Made by a program: the position numbers and the translations under genes. Under the pieces are notes generated by a model. It did no database searches and was not told the origin of the DNA. It saw only the letters and a list, made by a program, of their open reading frames with translations. From contig CAZNNA010000001.1 of the NCBI GenBank assembly GCA_964573825.1, positions 1 to 50,005 on the forward strand: 50,005 nt of DNA, given 5' to 3'. This DNA comes from an uncultured Treponemataceae bacterium. Its GTDB lineage: Bacteria > Spirochaetota > Spirochaetia > Treponematales > UBA12059. Shown here in pieces: positions 35,414-44,837 of the stretch; position 1 is the stretch's first letter; each line of letters starts with the position of its first letter.

Positions 35414-36514
35414 CTAGTCTAGGCTATCGGCCAGCGCCGCTAGTTCCTTCGTCGGTTTCTCGAAGACCTGGAGCCTGAGCGTACCTTGCCCTCCGCTCGT
35501 AGGCGCGAAGGATTGCCCTACGAAGGCGGCGACGAAGGAGGCCGAGGCCTCGTCCCAGCGCTCGTGGGCCAGCCGGAGCGAGCCGAGGCGGAGCGAGTAG
35601 CGCGCCTCGCCGTCGGGTCCGAAGGCGCGGAGGAAGGACCCGTCGCGAGCCAGGAGCGTACCGTCGCTCAAGGCGGCGGATAGCGGATAGGCTATGCCCG
35701 GGAGCCTCTCGGGAACCGCCGCCGGGCCGGCGGGCCAGCGGTAGGTAGCGACTGAGCCGTCCTTACGCCGGAGGGAAAGGTAGGCGGTTCCGCCTATCCT
35801 CGCGGCGTAGCCGGGCGCCCCGAAGGGTTCGGCCAGGGCCTCCGGGGGGGGCTCGAGGTGACTAGCGAGGATCATGGCCGGGAGGCCGGAGCTATAGCTG
35901 AAGGCCGCGAGGCGCCAGGTCCCGCTCGCGTTATCCCTATGGATGACCGTCAGCTCGTCGAGGCCCCGGCTCGCGGCCCTGAAGCCTACGCCGAGGAGGA
36001 GGGCCTCGCCGATGGAGTCCCCTATCGCCGTATCGAGCCTGACGGTTCGCGGCGCATCGCTCGGTTCATAGAGGCGCCCGGTGGCCCACCAGGCTTCCTT
36101 GCCGGTGAGGCCGGCCGCCTCGAGCGGGCCCCCCTGAGCGGTGGCCGGCGAGAGGGCGACGAGGGGACGGTCGGGAACGGAGCCGAAGGGAGAAGCCGGG
36201 ACGGAGAGCCACTCGCTCGCTTGTCCGTTCGCGATGTAGTATGGAGTTATGAGATTATAGGTATTGCTCGTATCCCCGTATCCCTGGAACCAGATGCCGT
36301 CGAGCGGGGCGGCGGCCCTGCGCGGGAGGAATAGCCCCTGCGTCGCGGAACGCTCCTTGATGCCTTCCACCCGTAGGTCGGCCACGCCCGCCATGCCTCG
36401 AGCGGCCGAGGCCGCGTCGGCCAGCCCCGAGTCGAAGGCCGGGCTCCAGCAGGAGGAGAGGAGAAGCGCCAGGAACGCCGGCGAGGCGCGGAGCATTGGA
36501 TTGGCGCGGGGCAT
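35414..36514 (-). CDS. hypothetical lipoprotein (envelope operon gene 5)
   Basis: Signal peptide with lipobox LLLSSC. The start is ambiguous (36544, 36514 or 36496); the 36544 ATG overlaps the upstream stop. Confidence 0.6.
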   Translation of the reverse strand: MPRANPMLRASPAFLALLLSSCWSPAFDSGLADAASAARGMAGVADLRVEGIKERSATQGLFLPRRAAAPLDGIWFQGYGDTSNTYNLITPYYIANGQASEWLSVPASPFGSVPDRPLVALSPATAQGGPLEAAGLTGKEAWWATGRLYEPSDAPRTVRLDTAIGDSIGEALLLGVGFRAASRGLDELTVIHRDNASGTWRLAAFSYSSGLPAMILASHLEPPPEALAEPFGAPGYAARIGGTAYLSLRRKDGSVATYRWPAGPAAVPERLPGIAYPLSAALSDGTLLARDGSFLRAFGPDGEARYSLRLGSLRLAHERWDEASASFVAAFVGQSFAPTSGGQGTLRLQVFEKPTKELAALADSLD

Positions 36515-36537
36515 CCCCGCTCGCTCCGGTAAGCTAG

Positions 36538-37782
36538 CTACCATGCGTATACCCTTACTCCCGCGCGTAGCGGCGAGAATTCCATGAACCAATCGTCTCC
36601 GTAGGCCCGGAAGCCGTAACCCTCGTCCCTCGCGTTCCTGCTCGAGGCCAAGGCGAGGCCGTCGGAGAGCGGGTAGTAGGCGGTACCCAGTTCGAGGAAG
36701 GCGGCTATGCCGTCCGCGAAGCTCCACTCCGCTCCCAGGTAGGCCGTAACGACGAGCGGCGCGAGCGGCTCGACGATCGGCGACGCTCCGGAGCGCGCGT
36801 AGACCCTGAGCGCCGCGGCGAGGCCGAGGTAGGGGCGTAGCGTCGCGTCGGCGGGGAGCGCGTAGCCCCTGGCGACGAGGCGCGGAAGGCAGAGGGGCGA
36901 CGAGGCGAGGAACGGCGGGTCCGGCGCCTCGTACCGCGCGTCCTTAAGGCTGAGCCCCAGGGCGTACTGGCCGAGGCCCGCCCCGAGCCAAAGATACGAG
37001 TCGAGGAAGCCGTAGGCCGCGTAGGCGTCGGGATACTGCAGGGCCTCGGCCCCGAGCTCTATGGCTAGCCTGCGCAGGGGGCGCCCGGGCACGGCGAGCG
37101 TCTCCCCGTTACCCAGTATGGCGGCGATGCCCGAGGCCGGGTACAGTCCCTCGGCTACGGCGCGCCAGCGGAGGCTGGTCGGCGGTTCTACCGCTAGCTC
37201 CCCCGAGCCTTCGCCCGATAGCTCGACCGATCGCCAGGCCGGGCCTGCGTCGTCCTGCCTGAACGAGACTACCGCGCCCGGCGGTCCCGCGATCCTGAGG
37301 ACGGGCGCGTCGGCCGGTCCGAGCCCCGCGGCGGCTCGCTCGGCCGCCGCGACCAGGGGCAGCCACCAGAAGGTCGCCGCGTCGCGATCGGTAGGCGCCG
37401 GTCCCTCGATGACGCCCTCGGCCGTCGGGCCGCGGCTTGCCGAGGCGACGCGCCACTCGCTCCTGGCCTCGCCCGATTCGAGCGGTACCGTCCTCGCCTC
37501 TACGACGAGCTCGCAGCGGGCCCTGGCTGCGGCCTCGGCGAGGCCCGAGGCCGGGCCCTCGTACGGCGCGATCGCCCCCAGGGCCGGCGACCGCGCGAGG
37601 GCCGCGGAGAGCCAGGCCGAGTCTCCCGCCGGGCCCGAGCCCTCGACGCGGAGCATGATCGATGGTAGCCGGGCTGGGTCGGCCCAGGCGCCGGGGAGAG
37701 CCAGGAGTAATGCTCCCGCGAGCGTCAGCGCGCCAAGCGGGGTAGGTATCGCCTTGCATCCGAGTCTCCGAAAGCGCCTCAT
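36538..37782 (-). CDS. hypothetical secreted protein, OMP-like C-terminus (envelope operon gene 4)
   Basis: Start MRRFRRLG overlaps the upstream stop (ATGA). Signal peptide ends LPGAWA. The C-terminal half has alternating aromatic/Gly sequence ending VRVYAW. The upstream 235 codons of the ORF-track entry are Arg-rich overlap and are rejected. Confidence 0.6.
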   Translation of the reverse strand: MRRFRRLGCKAIPTPLGALTLAGALLLALPGAWADPARLPSIMLRVEGSGPAGDSAWLSAALARSPALGAIAPYEGPASGLAEAAARARCELVVEARTVPLESGEARSEWRVASASRGPTAEGVIEGPAPTDRDAATFWWLPLVAAAERAAAGLGPADAPVLRIAGPPGAVVSFRQDDAGPAWRSVELSGEGSGELAVEPPTSLRWRAVAEGLYPASGIAAILGNGETLAVPGRPLRRLAIELGAEALQYPDAYAAYGFLDSYLWLGAGLGQYALGLSLKDARYEAPDPPFLASSPLCLPRLVARGYALPADATLRPYLGLAAALRVYARSGASPIVEPLAPLVVTAYLGAEWSFADGIAAFLELGTAYYPLSDGLALASSRNARDEGYGFRAYGDDWFMEFSPLRAGVRVYAW

Positions 37783-38828
37783 GGCCACCACGTCCTGAGG
37801 GCGTAGAGTCGCCCCGATAGCCTCTCGTAGAGGAACCAGTAGTCGCCGCGAGGCTCGAAGCCGAGTATGTCGATGCCGTCCGTATCGAGTTCCAGGGCCT
37901 CGACGGTAGAGACGGCAGCGGCGGCGGTAGCGGACGGCGAATAGCCGTAAGGGTAGAGCTCGAGCCGGGAGCGACCGTCGCGACGGTAGGCCACGACCCC
38001 GTCGGCCGTCAGCCAGGCCTTGCCGTCGCTCGGCCAGAACGGTCCTGTCCTCTCGGCGGCCGTATCCTCCAAGAGGGGCGTCGAGGCGATGAGCGTCGCC
38101 CGGTCGGCGTAGCCGAGGGCATAGGCGCCGGAAGAGCCGCCGACGAGTATCCGGAGGCGGCCGCCGGTCGCTTCCGCGTCGATGAGCGCGAAGGAAGAGG
38201 ATGCGGCGTCGAACGGGCGGAGCGAGTCGCCTAGGAAGCCGTAGCTCGCGTCGTACTCCGCTATCCTGAGGCCGCCCGTCGCGACATTTCGAATATAATA
38301 GTTGCGTGCCCCCGCCGTATCGGCCATGATACGCGCCTCCCCGGAAGGAACCGTAGCGGAGATCGACGCGGGCCCGGCCTCGAGGTCGTTCGGGTTGAAC
38401 GCCAGCGTACCGCAGACGAAGCCGCCGAGCGTGGCGCCGAGCGGCGGTCCCAGCGGCTCGGGCGACGGGATGGAACGGCTCGTCCACGTCTTACTCGCCG
38501 CGAGCGTGGTTCCGTCGAGGGCGATCAGGGCCGTACCCGTATCGCCGTAGACCAGCGCGCAGGCCAGGGCCGATTCCGTGCCGGAAGCGTTCTCGTAATA
38601 GAATAGCTCGATCCGCTCCACGCCGCGTAGCGACCCTGTGCCGGCTTCGGACGCGGCCGTACGCAGGTCCGCCTTGGCCGCGACGTAGTCGAGCCAGCCG
38701 GGGTAGACGTCTTCCTCGAAGAAGGAGCAGGACCAGGGCGAGCAGGCGACGGCGAGCAAGGCCGCTAGTACGCCGCCGACCCTGGCGCCGCCTGGCTCGG
38801 CGCCGAGCGCGCGTCGCCTCACGGCCAT
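37779..38828 (-). CDS. hypothetical lipoprotein (envelope operon gene 3)
   Basis: Start MAVRRRALG overlaps the upstream gene by 10 nt. Lipobox LLAVAC. Confidence 0.6.
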   Translation of the reverse strand: MAVRRRALGAEPGGARVGGVLAALLAVACSPWSCSFFEEDVYPGWLDYVAAKADLRTAASEAGTGSLRGVERIELFYYENASGTESALACALVYGDTGTALIALDGTTLAASKTWTSRSIPSPEPLGPPLGATLGGFVCGTLAFNPNDLEAGPASISATVPSGEARIMADTAGARNYYIRNVATGGLRIAEYDASYGFLGDSLRPFDAASSSFALIDAEATGGRLRILVGGSSGAYALGYADRATLIASTPLLEDTAAERTGPFWPSDGKAWLTADGVVAYRRDGRSRLELYPYGYSPSATAAAAVSTVEALELDTDGIDILGFEPRGDYWFLYERLSGRLYALRTWWP

Positions 38829-40048
38829 TTGAGCATGACTCCCATCGCCAGGGCCATGGGTCCCGCGCCCGTTCGCCACCAGCCCCTGGCAAGGAGGCCT
38901 CCGGATAGGCCGAGCGAGTAGCCGAGGCGCTGCTCCAGGTATACCGCGAACCCGGGCCAATGCCATTCTATGCTAATGGATGGCAGCTCGAGCGACAGGT
39001 CCAGGTAGGCGTTTGGCCTCGAGGCCTCGGCGCCGAGCATGGTCGCGAGGGCTGCCAGGCCAAGGCCCGCGGAGACGCGGAGGCGCGAGCCCGGGGGCAG
39101 GAAGAGGTAGGCGGCCGCGCCGAGGCGGCCTTCGGCGTGCAGCGACGGAGGCGAGCCGGCGAGCCCGTCGTCGCGCAGCCAGGCCTGTAGTCCCAGCCGG
39201 GCGAAGAGGCTGTCCGGTAGCGGGTAGTAGCGAAGCTCGCCCGCCAGCCCGGCTAGTCGGTTGGGGCTCGTGCCGAGGCCTAGGGAGAGCCCGGACTTTC
39301 GCATGAGTCGAGGCAATGCTCTCTCGCGATCTTCGGTTGGAGCGACGAATGTTACCGGCCAGTAACCATGTTTCGTGACGGTGAGCGATAGGGACCGGCC
39401 CGACGCGAAGGGTAGGTAGTCGGCCTCGACGCGTCCGTCCTTGACCCGGCCCAGGACGGGCCCGCGTTCATCGCCGAGGCGAAGCTCGGCGCCCTCGTCC
39501 CCGGAGCCGTACGACAGCGGTTCCGCCACGAGCCCGGCGGGGAGGCCGCGGTTAGCCGCGGCGTTCGCGCGCCGGGCCGCGGCCCTCGCGGACGCCTCGA
39601 GCGCGGCCACGGCGCTGGCCCCGGCGAAGGCCGAGCCCGTATCCGCGGCGACGAGGGCCGCGTCCCGGGCATCGTAGATCGAGAGGCGCCAGGTCAGGCG
39701 GCGTCCTTCCACCGAGCATAGGATCACCGCGGACCATCCGGCGCTCGCGCCGGCGGCTGCCTTCGCGGCTCGCGCCGCCTCGCTCCTCTCCTCGCTTCCC
39801 GCCTCGATGGCCGGGAGGGACGCCGGGGCTAGGCGGAGCGTATCGAAGCCCTCCGTCGCGAGCTCCCTGGCCGTCGCGTCGGCGAGCGTCGCCGCGTAGA
39901 CTAGGGCATCGCCCTCGGCGAGCGCGACCAGGGCCACGCGGCGTTCGCCCGGCGAGTCCGCCGCCTGCGCGCCAGCCCCGGGCAGGGCCCCCGCGGCCAG
40001 GAAGATAGACGCTAGGAGCGTGGCGGTACGTCGTGTCGTCGCCGTCAT
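38819..40048 (-). CDS. hypothetical secreted protein with PEGA-like middle segment and OMP-like C-terminal half (envelope operon gene 2)
   Basis: Signal peptide ...GAGAQA. SLSLTVTKHGYWPVTFV resembles the end of a PEGA domain. ATGA overlap with the cyclase stop. Confidence 0.6.
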   Translation of the reverse strand: MTATTRRTATLLASIFLAAGALPGAGAQAADSPGERRVALVALAEGDALVYAATLADATARELATEGFDTLRLAPASLPAIEAGSEERSEAARAAKAAAGASAGWSAVILCSVEGRRLTWRLSIYDARDAALVAADTGSAFAGASAVAALEASARAAARRANAAANRGLPAGLVAEPLSYGSGDEGAELRLGDERGPVLGRVKDGRVEADYLPFASGRSLSLTVTKHGYWPVTFVAPTEDRERALPRLMRKSGLSLGLGTSPNRLAGLAGELRYYPLPDSLFARLGLQAWLRDDGLAGSPPSLHAEGRLGAAAYLFLPPGSRLRVSAGLGLAALATMLGAEASRPNAYLDLSLELPSISIEWHWPGFAVYLEQRLGYSLGLSGGLLARGWWRTGAGPMALAMGVMLKWP

Positions 40049-41706
40049 TTCTCGTGCAGGACCTCCACCCCGTTCCAGTCATCGGGCGGCGGTACGCGCG
40101 CGTACTCGTCGCAGCGAGCCGCCATAGAGACCGAGGCGAAGTCGTCGCGGCCGAGCTCGTCGGCCACGCTCCTGAAGAGTATCCCCGCCTCGCGGAAGCG
40201 CCTCGCGTAGAAGGTGGCCATGGCCTCCTCGTGGTCGGCCCAGGCGGCCCGCTCGCGAGGCGTTAGCTCGCGTCGCGCGGTGTATATGCGGACACCCTTC
40301 TTCTTGCCCTTGACCGCCACGGTGTCGAGGAGGCGGCACGGAAAGGAATCCTTAATGCGGCTGTAAAGGAACTCGGAGAAGATCAGCGGCTGGTGGTAGG
40401 GCTTGGTGAGGCCCTCGAGCCGGGAGGCCAGGTTGACCGTGTCGCCTATGACCGTGTAGTCCATCTTCTTGTCGCAGCCTATGTTGCCCACGGTGACTAC
40501 GCCGTAGTTTATGCCCACTCCTATCTTGAACTCCGGCTTGCCCGCGGCCCTCTGGTGGCCGTTGAACTCGTCTAGGGCCTCCGTCATCTCCAGGGCCGCA
40601 TGGACCGACGAGACCGCGTCGTCGTCATGCCGTACGGGGGCGCCGAAGAAGGCCATGATCGCGTCGCCTATGTACTTATCGATGACGCCGTTGCGCCGCA
40701 TGATGATGTCCACCATCATGGAGAAGTAGCGGTTGAGCGAGCTCACGAGGTCGTCCGGCCGCATGGACTCCGATATGGTCGTGAAGGAGCGTATGTCGGA
40801 GAAGAGTATCGCCAGCTCGCGGTTCTCTCCCACGAGCATGGCCTCGGGGTTCTGGAAGAAGCGGTCGATGAGCTCCTGGGGTACGTACTTCTGGAAGATG
40901 TGGCGTATCTTCTCTTCCTTCTTCTGCGCGAGCACCGCGTCGAAGGCGTACTTCTTGATCTGGTCGTAGGCCTTCTGCAGCTCCTCGAGCATCAGGTTGA
41001 AGGTGTGCGACAGGCGCCCGATCTCGTCGGGGAAGACGACCTCGACGCGCTCCGACAGGTCTCCCGAATCGATTATGTGCCTCATGGCGACGACCATCGA
41101 CGCGAGGGGCCTGGTCATGTAGCGCACGAAGAACAGGACCAGGGCCGCCGCCGCCGCGAGCGATGCGGCCAGGATGTAGGCGGTGACGCGGGCCATGGCC
41201 TCTACGTCGCCGTAGAAGGCGCCCCGCTCCTCGGAGACTATGACGTACCAGCCGAAGGGCCCGAAGGGAAAGCCGGAGATGACGCGATCCTTGCCGCCGA
41301 GGCGCAGGCTGGAGAAGCCGCGAGCCCCGGCCGCGTGCGCCGCCGCGAGCGCCCGGGCCTCGGGCTCGCTCGCCTCGGCCGACGAGGTCCGCATGGCCAG
41401 GCTTCCGTCAGGCCGGACGGCGACGATCAGCTCCGTGGGGCTGCCGGCTATCGCCCGGGCGAAGGACTCTACGCCCGCCTGGGCGGCGGCGACCATGTCC
41501 GGCTTGTCCGCCACCCCGTTCTCAACGAGCAGGTTCCACTGGCTCTCGGCGTACTTCTCGAGCTCGGAGGCCTTGAACGACAGGAACTCCGTGGCTATGC
41601 GGGTGATGGCCCGCGAGGCGGCCGCGCGGCTCGCCATGCCCGAAAGCACGACGGCCACGACGAGTATGGGTAGGACGACGAGTACTATCTTCAGTCGTAT
41701 GCTCAC
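40045..41706 (-). CDS. membrane sensor class III adenylate/guanylate cyclase with extracytoplasmic domain and HAMP linker
   Basis: Two TM helices flank a sensor region of about 150 aa. HAMP-like segment RPLASMVVAMRHI. Cyclase core ILFSDIRSFTTISE...IDKYIGDAIMAFFGAP...GDTVNLASRLE. Confidence 0.9.
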   Translation of the reverse strand: MSIRLKIVLVVLPILVVAVVLSGMASRAAASRAITRIATEFLSFKASELEKYAESQWNLLVENGVADKPDMVAAAQAGVESFARAIAGSPTELIVAVRPDGSLAMRTSSAEASEPEARALAAAHAAGARGFSSLRLGGKDRVISGFPFGPFGWYVIVSEERGAFYGDVEAMARVTAYILAASLAAAAALVLFFVRYMTRPLASMVVAMRHIIDSGDLSERVEVVFPDEIGRLSHTFNLMLEELQKAYDQIKKYAFDAVLAQKKEEKIRHIFQKYVPQELIDRFFQNPEAMLVGENRELAILFSDIRSFTTISESMRPDDLVSSLNRYFSMMVDIIMRRNGVIDKYIGDAIMAFFGAPVRHDDDAVSSVHAALEMTEALDEFNGHQRAAGKPEFKIGVGINYGVVTVGNIGCDKKMDYTVIGDTVNLASRLEGLTKPYHQPLIFSEFLYSRIKDSFPCRLLDTVAVKGKKKGVRIYTARRELTPRERAAWADHEEAMATFYARRFREAGILFRSVADELGRDDFASVSMAARCDEYARVPPPDDWNGVEVLHEK

Positions 41707-41823
41707 GCCTTAACTATAGGCGATGGCGCGAGCATAGCAACACCGGGACACGGCGACGGCGGGGTTATCGACGACGCACTAGCCGAGGCGCTCCGGTGGT
41801 AGGCGTCCCGGCTTTCCATGGCC

Positions 41824-43926
41824 TTACTTGAGCGCTCGCGACGCGTTGAGCACGGCGAGCAGGGCTACGCCGACGTCGGCTATGACCGCCTCCCACATGG
41901 CGGCCAGGCCCAGGGCGCCGAGCCCCAGGAAGGCGACCTTGATGCCGAGCGCAAGGACGATGTTCTGGGCGACGATGCGCCTCGTACGCTTGGCTCGCTC
42001 TATGGCCTCGGCAACCTTGCCCGGGTCGCCGCCTATGAGGACCACGTCGGCGCTCTCGACGGCCGCGTCCGAGCCCGAGCCCATGGCAATGCCGGCGTCC
42101 GCGCGGGCCAGGACCGGGGCGTCGTTGACGCCGTCGCCCACGAAGACCACGGAGCCGCGACCCCTCTCCTCGCCGAGCATGGCCTCGAGCCGCTCGAGCT
42201 TGCCTTCCGGCAATAGGCCGTGGTGCAGTTCCGTTATGCCGGCCTCGCCGGCGACGCGGCTCGCGGAGGCGGCCGAATCGCCCGTCAGCATGGCCACGCG
42301 GCGCACGCCCAGGGCCCTGAGCCGCTCGAGGGCGTCGCGGCCGCCGGCCTTGAGGCCGTCGCCCAGCTCGATGCGGCCGGCGTAGCGGCCGGCCACGGCC
42401 ACGTGGATCTCCGTGCCGGTAGCCGGGCGGCAGTCGTGCGGCACGCCCTTTAGGTGCAGGAGCCTGTCGCCGCCCGCCAGTACCTCCCGACCGGCGACGG
42501 TAGCGACGGCGCCGTGGCCGGGCAGCTCGGCGTAGGAGCCGGCGTCGCAGTCCGGCGCCGCCTTGCCCGTCTCGGCCCAGGCCGCGCGGATGGCGTCGGC
42601 CAGCGGATGGTTGGAGTGGGTCTCCGCGGCCACGGCGCCGGCGAGGAGGCTCTCCTCGTCGAAGCCCTCGGCCGGTACGAGCTCCTTGACGCTGAAGCTA
42701 CCGTCGGTCAGGGTACCGGTCTTATCGAAGACTACGGTCTTGGCGTCCGCCAGGGCGTCGAGCACCGAGGCGCCCTTGACGAGTATGCCGCGCCTGGCGG
42801 CCCCGCCGAGGCCGCCGAAGTAGCCCAGTGGAACGCTGATGACGAAGGCGCAGGGGCAGGATATGACCAGCATGACCAGGGCGCGGTAGGCCCAGTCCGC
42901 CAGGCGCTCGCCGGGCACGAGTAGGGGCGGTAGGACTGCCAGGAGGACGGCGCCCATCACCACGGCCGGGGTATACCAGCGGGCGAAGCGCGTTATGAAG
43001 AGCTCGGTGCGGGCCTTGGCCTTGGTCGCGTGCTCCACGAGCGCTATCACCTTGGCGGCGGAGGACTCCGAGGCCGGGCGCTCGGCCCGAATGGTGAGGG
43101 CGGCGTCGACGGCTATGAAGCCTGAGAGGGCCTCCGTCCCGGGCAGGGCCGGGCGCGGGACGCTCTCGCCCGTCATGGACGAGGTGTCGAACGACCCCGC
43201 GCCCTCGACGACTTCTCCGTCAACCGGCACGCGCTCGCCTGGGCGAACGAGGACGAGGTCCCCGGGGAGGACGTCTTCCGGCCGGCAGTCGATCCAGTCG
43301 TCGCCGCGCCGTACGCGGGCCTTGTCGGGTCGCATGGCCACGAGGGAGCGTATGGAGCGGCGGCTCTTAGCCGCGGCCGCCTCCTGGAGCGTCTCGCCTA
43401 CCTTATAGAAGATCATGACGCCTATGGCCTCCTCCATGGCGCCTATGGCGAAGGCGCCGAGGGAGGCGAAGGCCATGAGGAAGAGCTCGTCGAAGACTCG
43501 ACCCTTGGCGATATTGCGAGCGGCCGTAAGGAGGACGTCGCGACCGGCCAGGAGGTAGGCGGCGGCGAAGGCCGCCAGCGAGGCAAGGCCGCGCCAGGTG
43601 CCCAAGGCCTCTCCCCAGTGCTCGGCGCCTCCCGATAGCGCGTAGCCTCCTATGGCTATGGCCGCGGCCGCGCCGAGCAGGAGGAACTCCTTGCGTTGCT
43701 CCTTGCTTATGTACGAGCCCTCGTCCGAGGCTACGCCCGGGGATGCCGAGAAGGCCTCGGCCCGGGCGCGCTCGTGGGCGGCGCAGGAGGCGCAGCAGGC
43801 CTCTTCCTGGCGAGCGTGATCATGGGCTTGGCCGCGATCGTGGGTATGACCGTGGCACCGGTCGTGGCGACGATCATGGGTATGATCATGGGTATGAGCG
43901 TGGCCGTGGTCGTGCGAGCGTTCCAT
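41824..43926 (-). CDS. heavy-metal translocating P1B-type ATPase (Zn/Cd/Pb/Co class)
   Basis: His-rich N-terminus (HDHGHAHTHDHTHD...), CPC motif in ISCPCAFVISVP, DKTGTLT and GDGVNDAP. Confidence 0.95.
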   Translation of the reverse strand: MERSHDHGHAHTHDHTHDRRHDRCHGHTHDRGQAHDHARQEEACCASCAAHERARAEAFSASPGVASDEGSYISKEQRKEFLLLGAAAAIAIGGYALSGGAEHWGEALGTWRGLASLAAFAAAYLLAGRDVLLTAARNIAKGRVFDELFLMAFASLGAFAIGAMEEAIGVMIFYKVGETLQEAAAAKSRRSIRSLVAMRPDKARVRRGDDWIDCRPEDVLPGDLVLVRPGERVPVDGEVVEGAGSFDTSSMTGESVPRPALPGTEALSGFIAVDAALTIRAERPASESSAAKVIALVEHATKAKARTELFITRFARWYTPAVVMGAVLLAVLPPLLVPGERLADWAYRALVMLVISCPCAFVISVPLGYFGGLGGAARRGILVKGASVLDALADAKTVVFDKTGTLTDGSFSVKELVPAEGFDEESLLAGAVAAETHSNHPLADAIRAAWAETGKAAPDCDAGSYAELPGHGAVATVAGREVLAGGDRLLHLKGVPHDCRPATGTEIHVAVAGRYAGRIELGDGLKAGGRDALERLRALGVRRVAMLTGDSAASASRVAGEAGITELHHGLLPEGKLERLEAMLGEERGRGSVVFVGDGVNDAPVLARADAGIAMGSGSDAAVESADVVLIGGDPGKVAEAIERAKRTRRIVAQNIVLALGIKVAFLGLGALGLAAMWEAVIADVGVALLAVLNASRALK

Positions 43927-43928
43927 GG

Positions 43929-44300
43929 CTAGGCCCTCCTCTCGGCCAGGTGCGATGCGGCAATATCGACGATGGCCTTGACGTGCTCGTCGTCCAGGGC
44001 GTAGAAGACCGACTTGCCGTCGCGCCGCGAGCGAACGAGCTTGGCCGCCCGGAGCGTGGCCAGCTGGTGGCTTATGGCCGACTGGCTCATGTCCAGCGCC
44101 TCGGACAGGTCGCAGACGCAGAGCTCGGCGGCCTCCAGCGCGTTCAGGATGCGCAGTCGGCTCGGGTCGCCGAGGACCTTGAAGAGCTCGGCAAGGTCAA
44201 GGAGCTCGGACACGGGCCGCTCGGCGGCCCGCGCCGCCTCGACCGGGACCGTATGTACTGAGGCGCAGGAGCAGCGCTCCGCCCTATCCTCGGATGTCAT
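43929..44300 (-). CDS. ArsR/SmtB family metalloregulator, CadC-like
   Basis: ELCVCDLSEALDMSQSAISHQL wHTH with a CVC site, plus an N-terminal CSC. GGAGGA RBS before the ATG at 44300; the ORF-track start at 44327 is less likely. The stop is 2 nt before the ATPase start. Confidence 0.9.
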   Translation of the reverse strand: MTSEDRAERCSCASVHTVPVEAARAAERPVSELLDLAELFKVLGDPSRLRILNALEAAELCVCDLSEALDMSQSAISHQLATLRAAKLVRSRRDGKSVFYALDDEHVKAIVDIAASHLAERRA

Positions 44301-44320
44301 GGTATCCTCCAGTGAAGTAA

Positions 44321-44342
44321 TGAACATATGAACAAGTGAACA
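44321..44342. promoter_or_regulatory. three direct TGAACA repeats at 8-bp spacing upstream of the ArsR-family gene (candidate operator)
   Basis: TGAACAtaTGAACAagTGAACA at 44321-44326, 44329-34 and 44337-42, about 20-40 nt upstream of the start codon. Confidence 0.4.
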
Positions 44343-44408
44343 TAAGTAAGGTATACTAAGGAGGACGAGGGGATGTCAAGGGCAGTGTTTCTTACAACCT
44401 TGATGAAG

Positions 44409-44837
44409 CTAGAAGAGGATCTCGACCCGCAGCCCCGGGAAGCGCAGGAAATCACGGTCTCCCGTGGCGATCGTCGCGTCCTGTTCCAGGCAGAGGGTTG
44501 CTAGGTGGGCGTCCGTGGTAAGGTTCCCCCCGGTACCCGAGGCGAGTAAGAGATGTCCCAGAATCCCGAGGTGGGCCGTGCCGGGATTAAGGATACGGAC
44601 CGACGGCTGGGCTGCCAGGTCACGGATCCAGTCCAGGGCTTGATCAACCGTCAAGGGCCGCGGAAAGACTCGTTGCGAGGTGGCGAGCCGGAGGAATCCG
44701 AGTATCACGGCCCATGGTAGTCCGATCTCCTCGGTTCCCTCGTTAACGGTCTTCTGGAGCCACGTCGCGGCCTGCTCATGACGCGCCGAGTCCGAGTCGA
44801 TGGCATATAAGAGGACGCTCAGGTCAGGGATAATCAC
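44409..44837 (-). CDS. vapC: PIN-domain type II toxin
   Basis: 142 aa. N-terminal acidic PIN signature (IIPDLSVLLYAID...) and C-terminal TGDRDF. GTGA overlap with the upstream antitoxin gene. Confidence 0.85.
   Translation of the reverse strand: MIIPDLSVLLYAIDSDSARHEQAATWLQKTVNEGTEEIGLPWAVILGFLRLATSQRVFPRPLTVDQALDWIRDLAAQPSVRILNPGTAHLGILGHLLLASGTGGNLTTDAHLATLCLEQDATIATGDRDFLRFPGLRVEILF

Noticed and set aside
36538-38487. 649-aa ORF as given in the track, and similar long N-terminal extensions of ORFs starting at 6807, 7454, 11294, 12774, 14029, 17293, 38966 and 36727
   Set aside because: The upstream portions overlap the preceding genes in another frame and are Arg/Pro-rich. Internal starts that overlap the upstream stop codon, or that follow an RBS, give proteins with sensible signal peptides or N-termini.
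44373-44504. 43-codon ORF with a strong TAAGGAGG upstream, antisense to the 3' end of vapC
   Set aside because: It lies almost entirely antisense to a well-supported PIN toxin gene and has no recognisable product. The GGAGG may be fortuitous within the ArsR-family promoter region. It cannot be excluded as a small protein without expression data.
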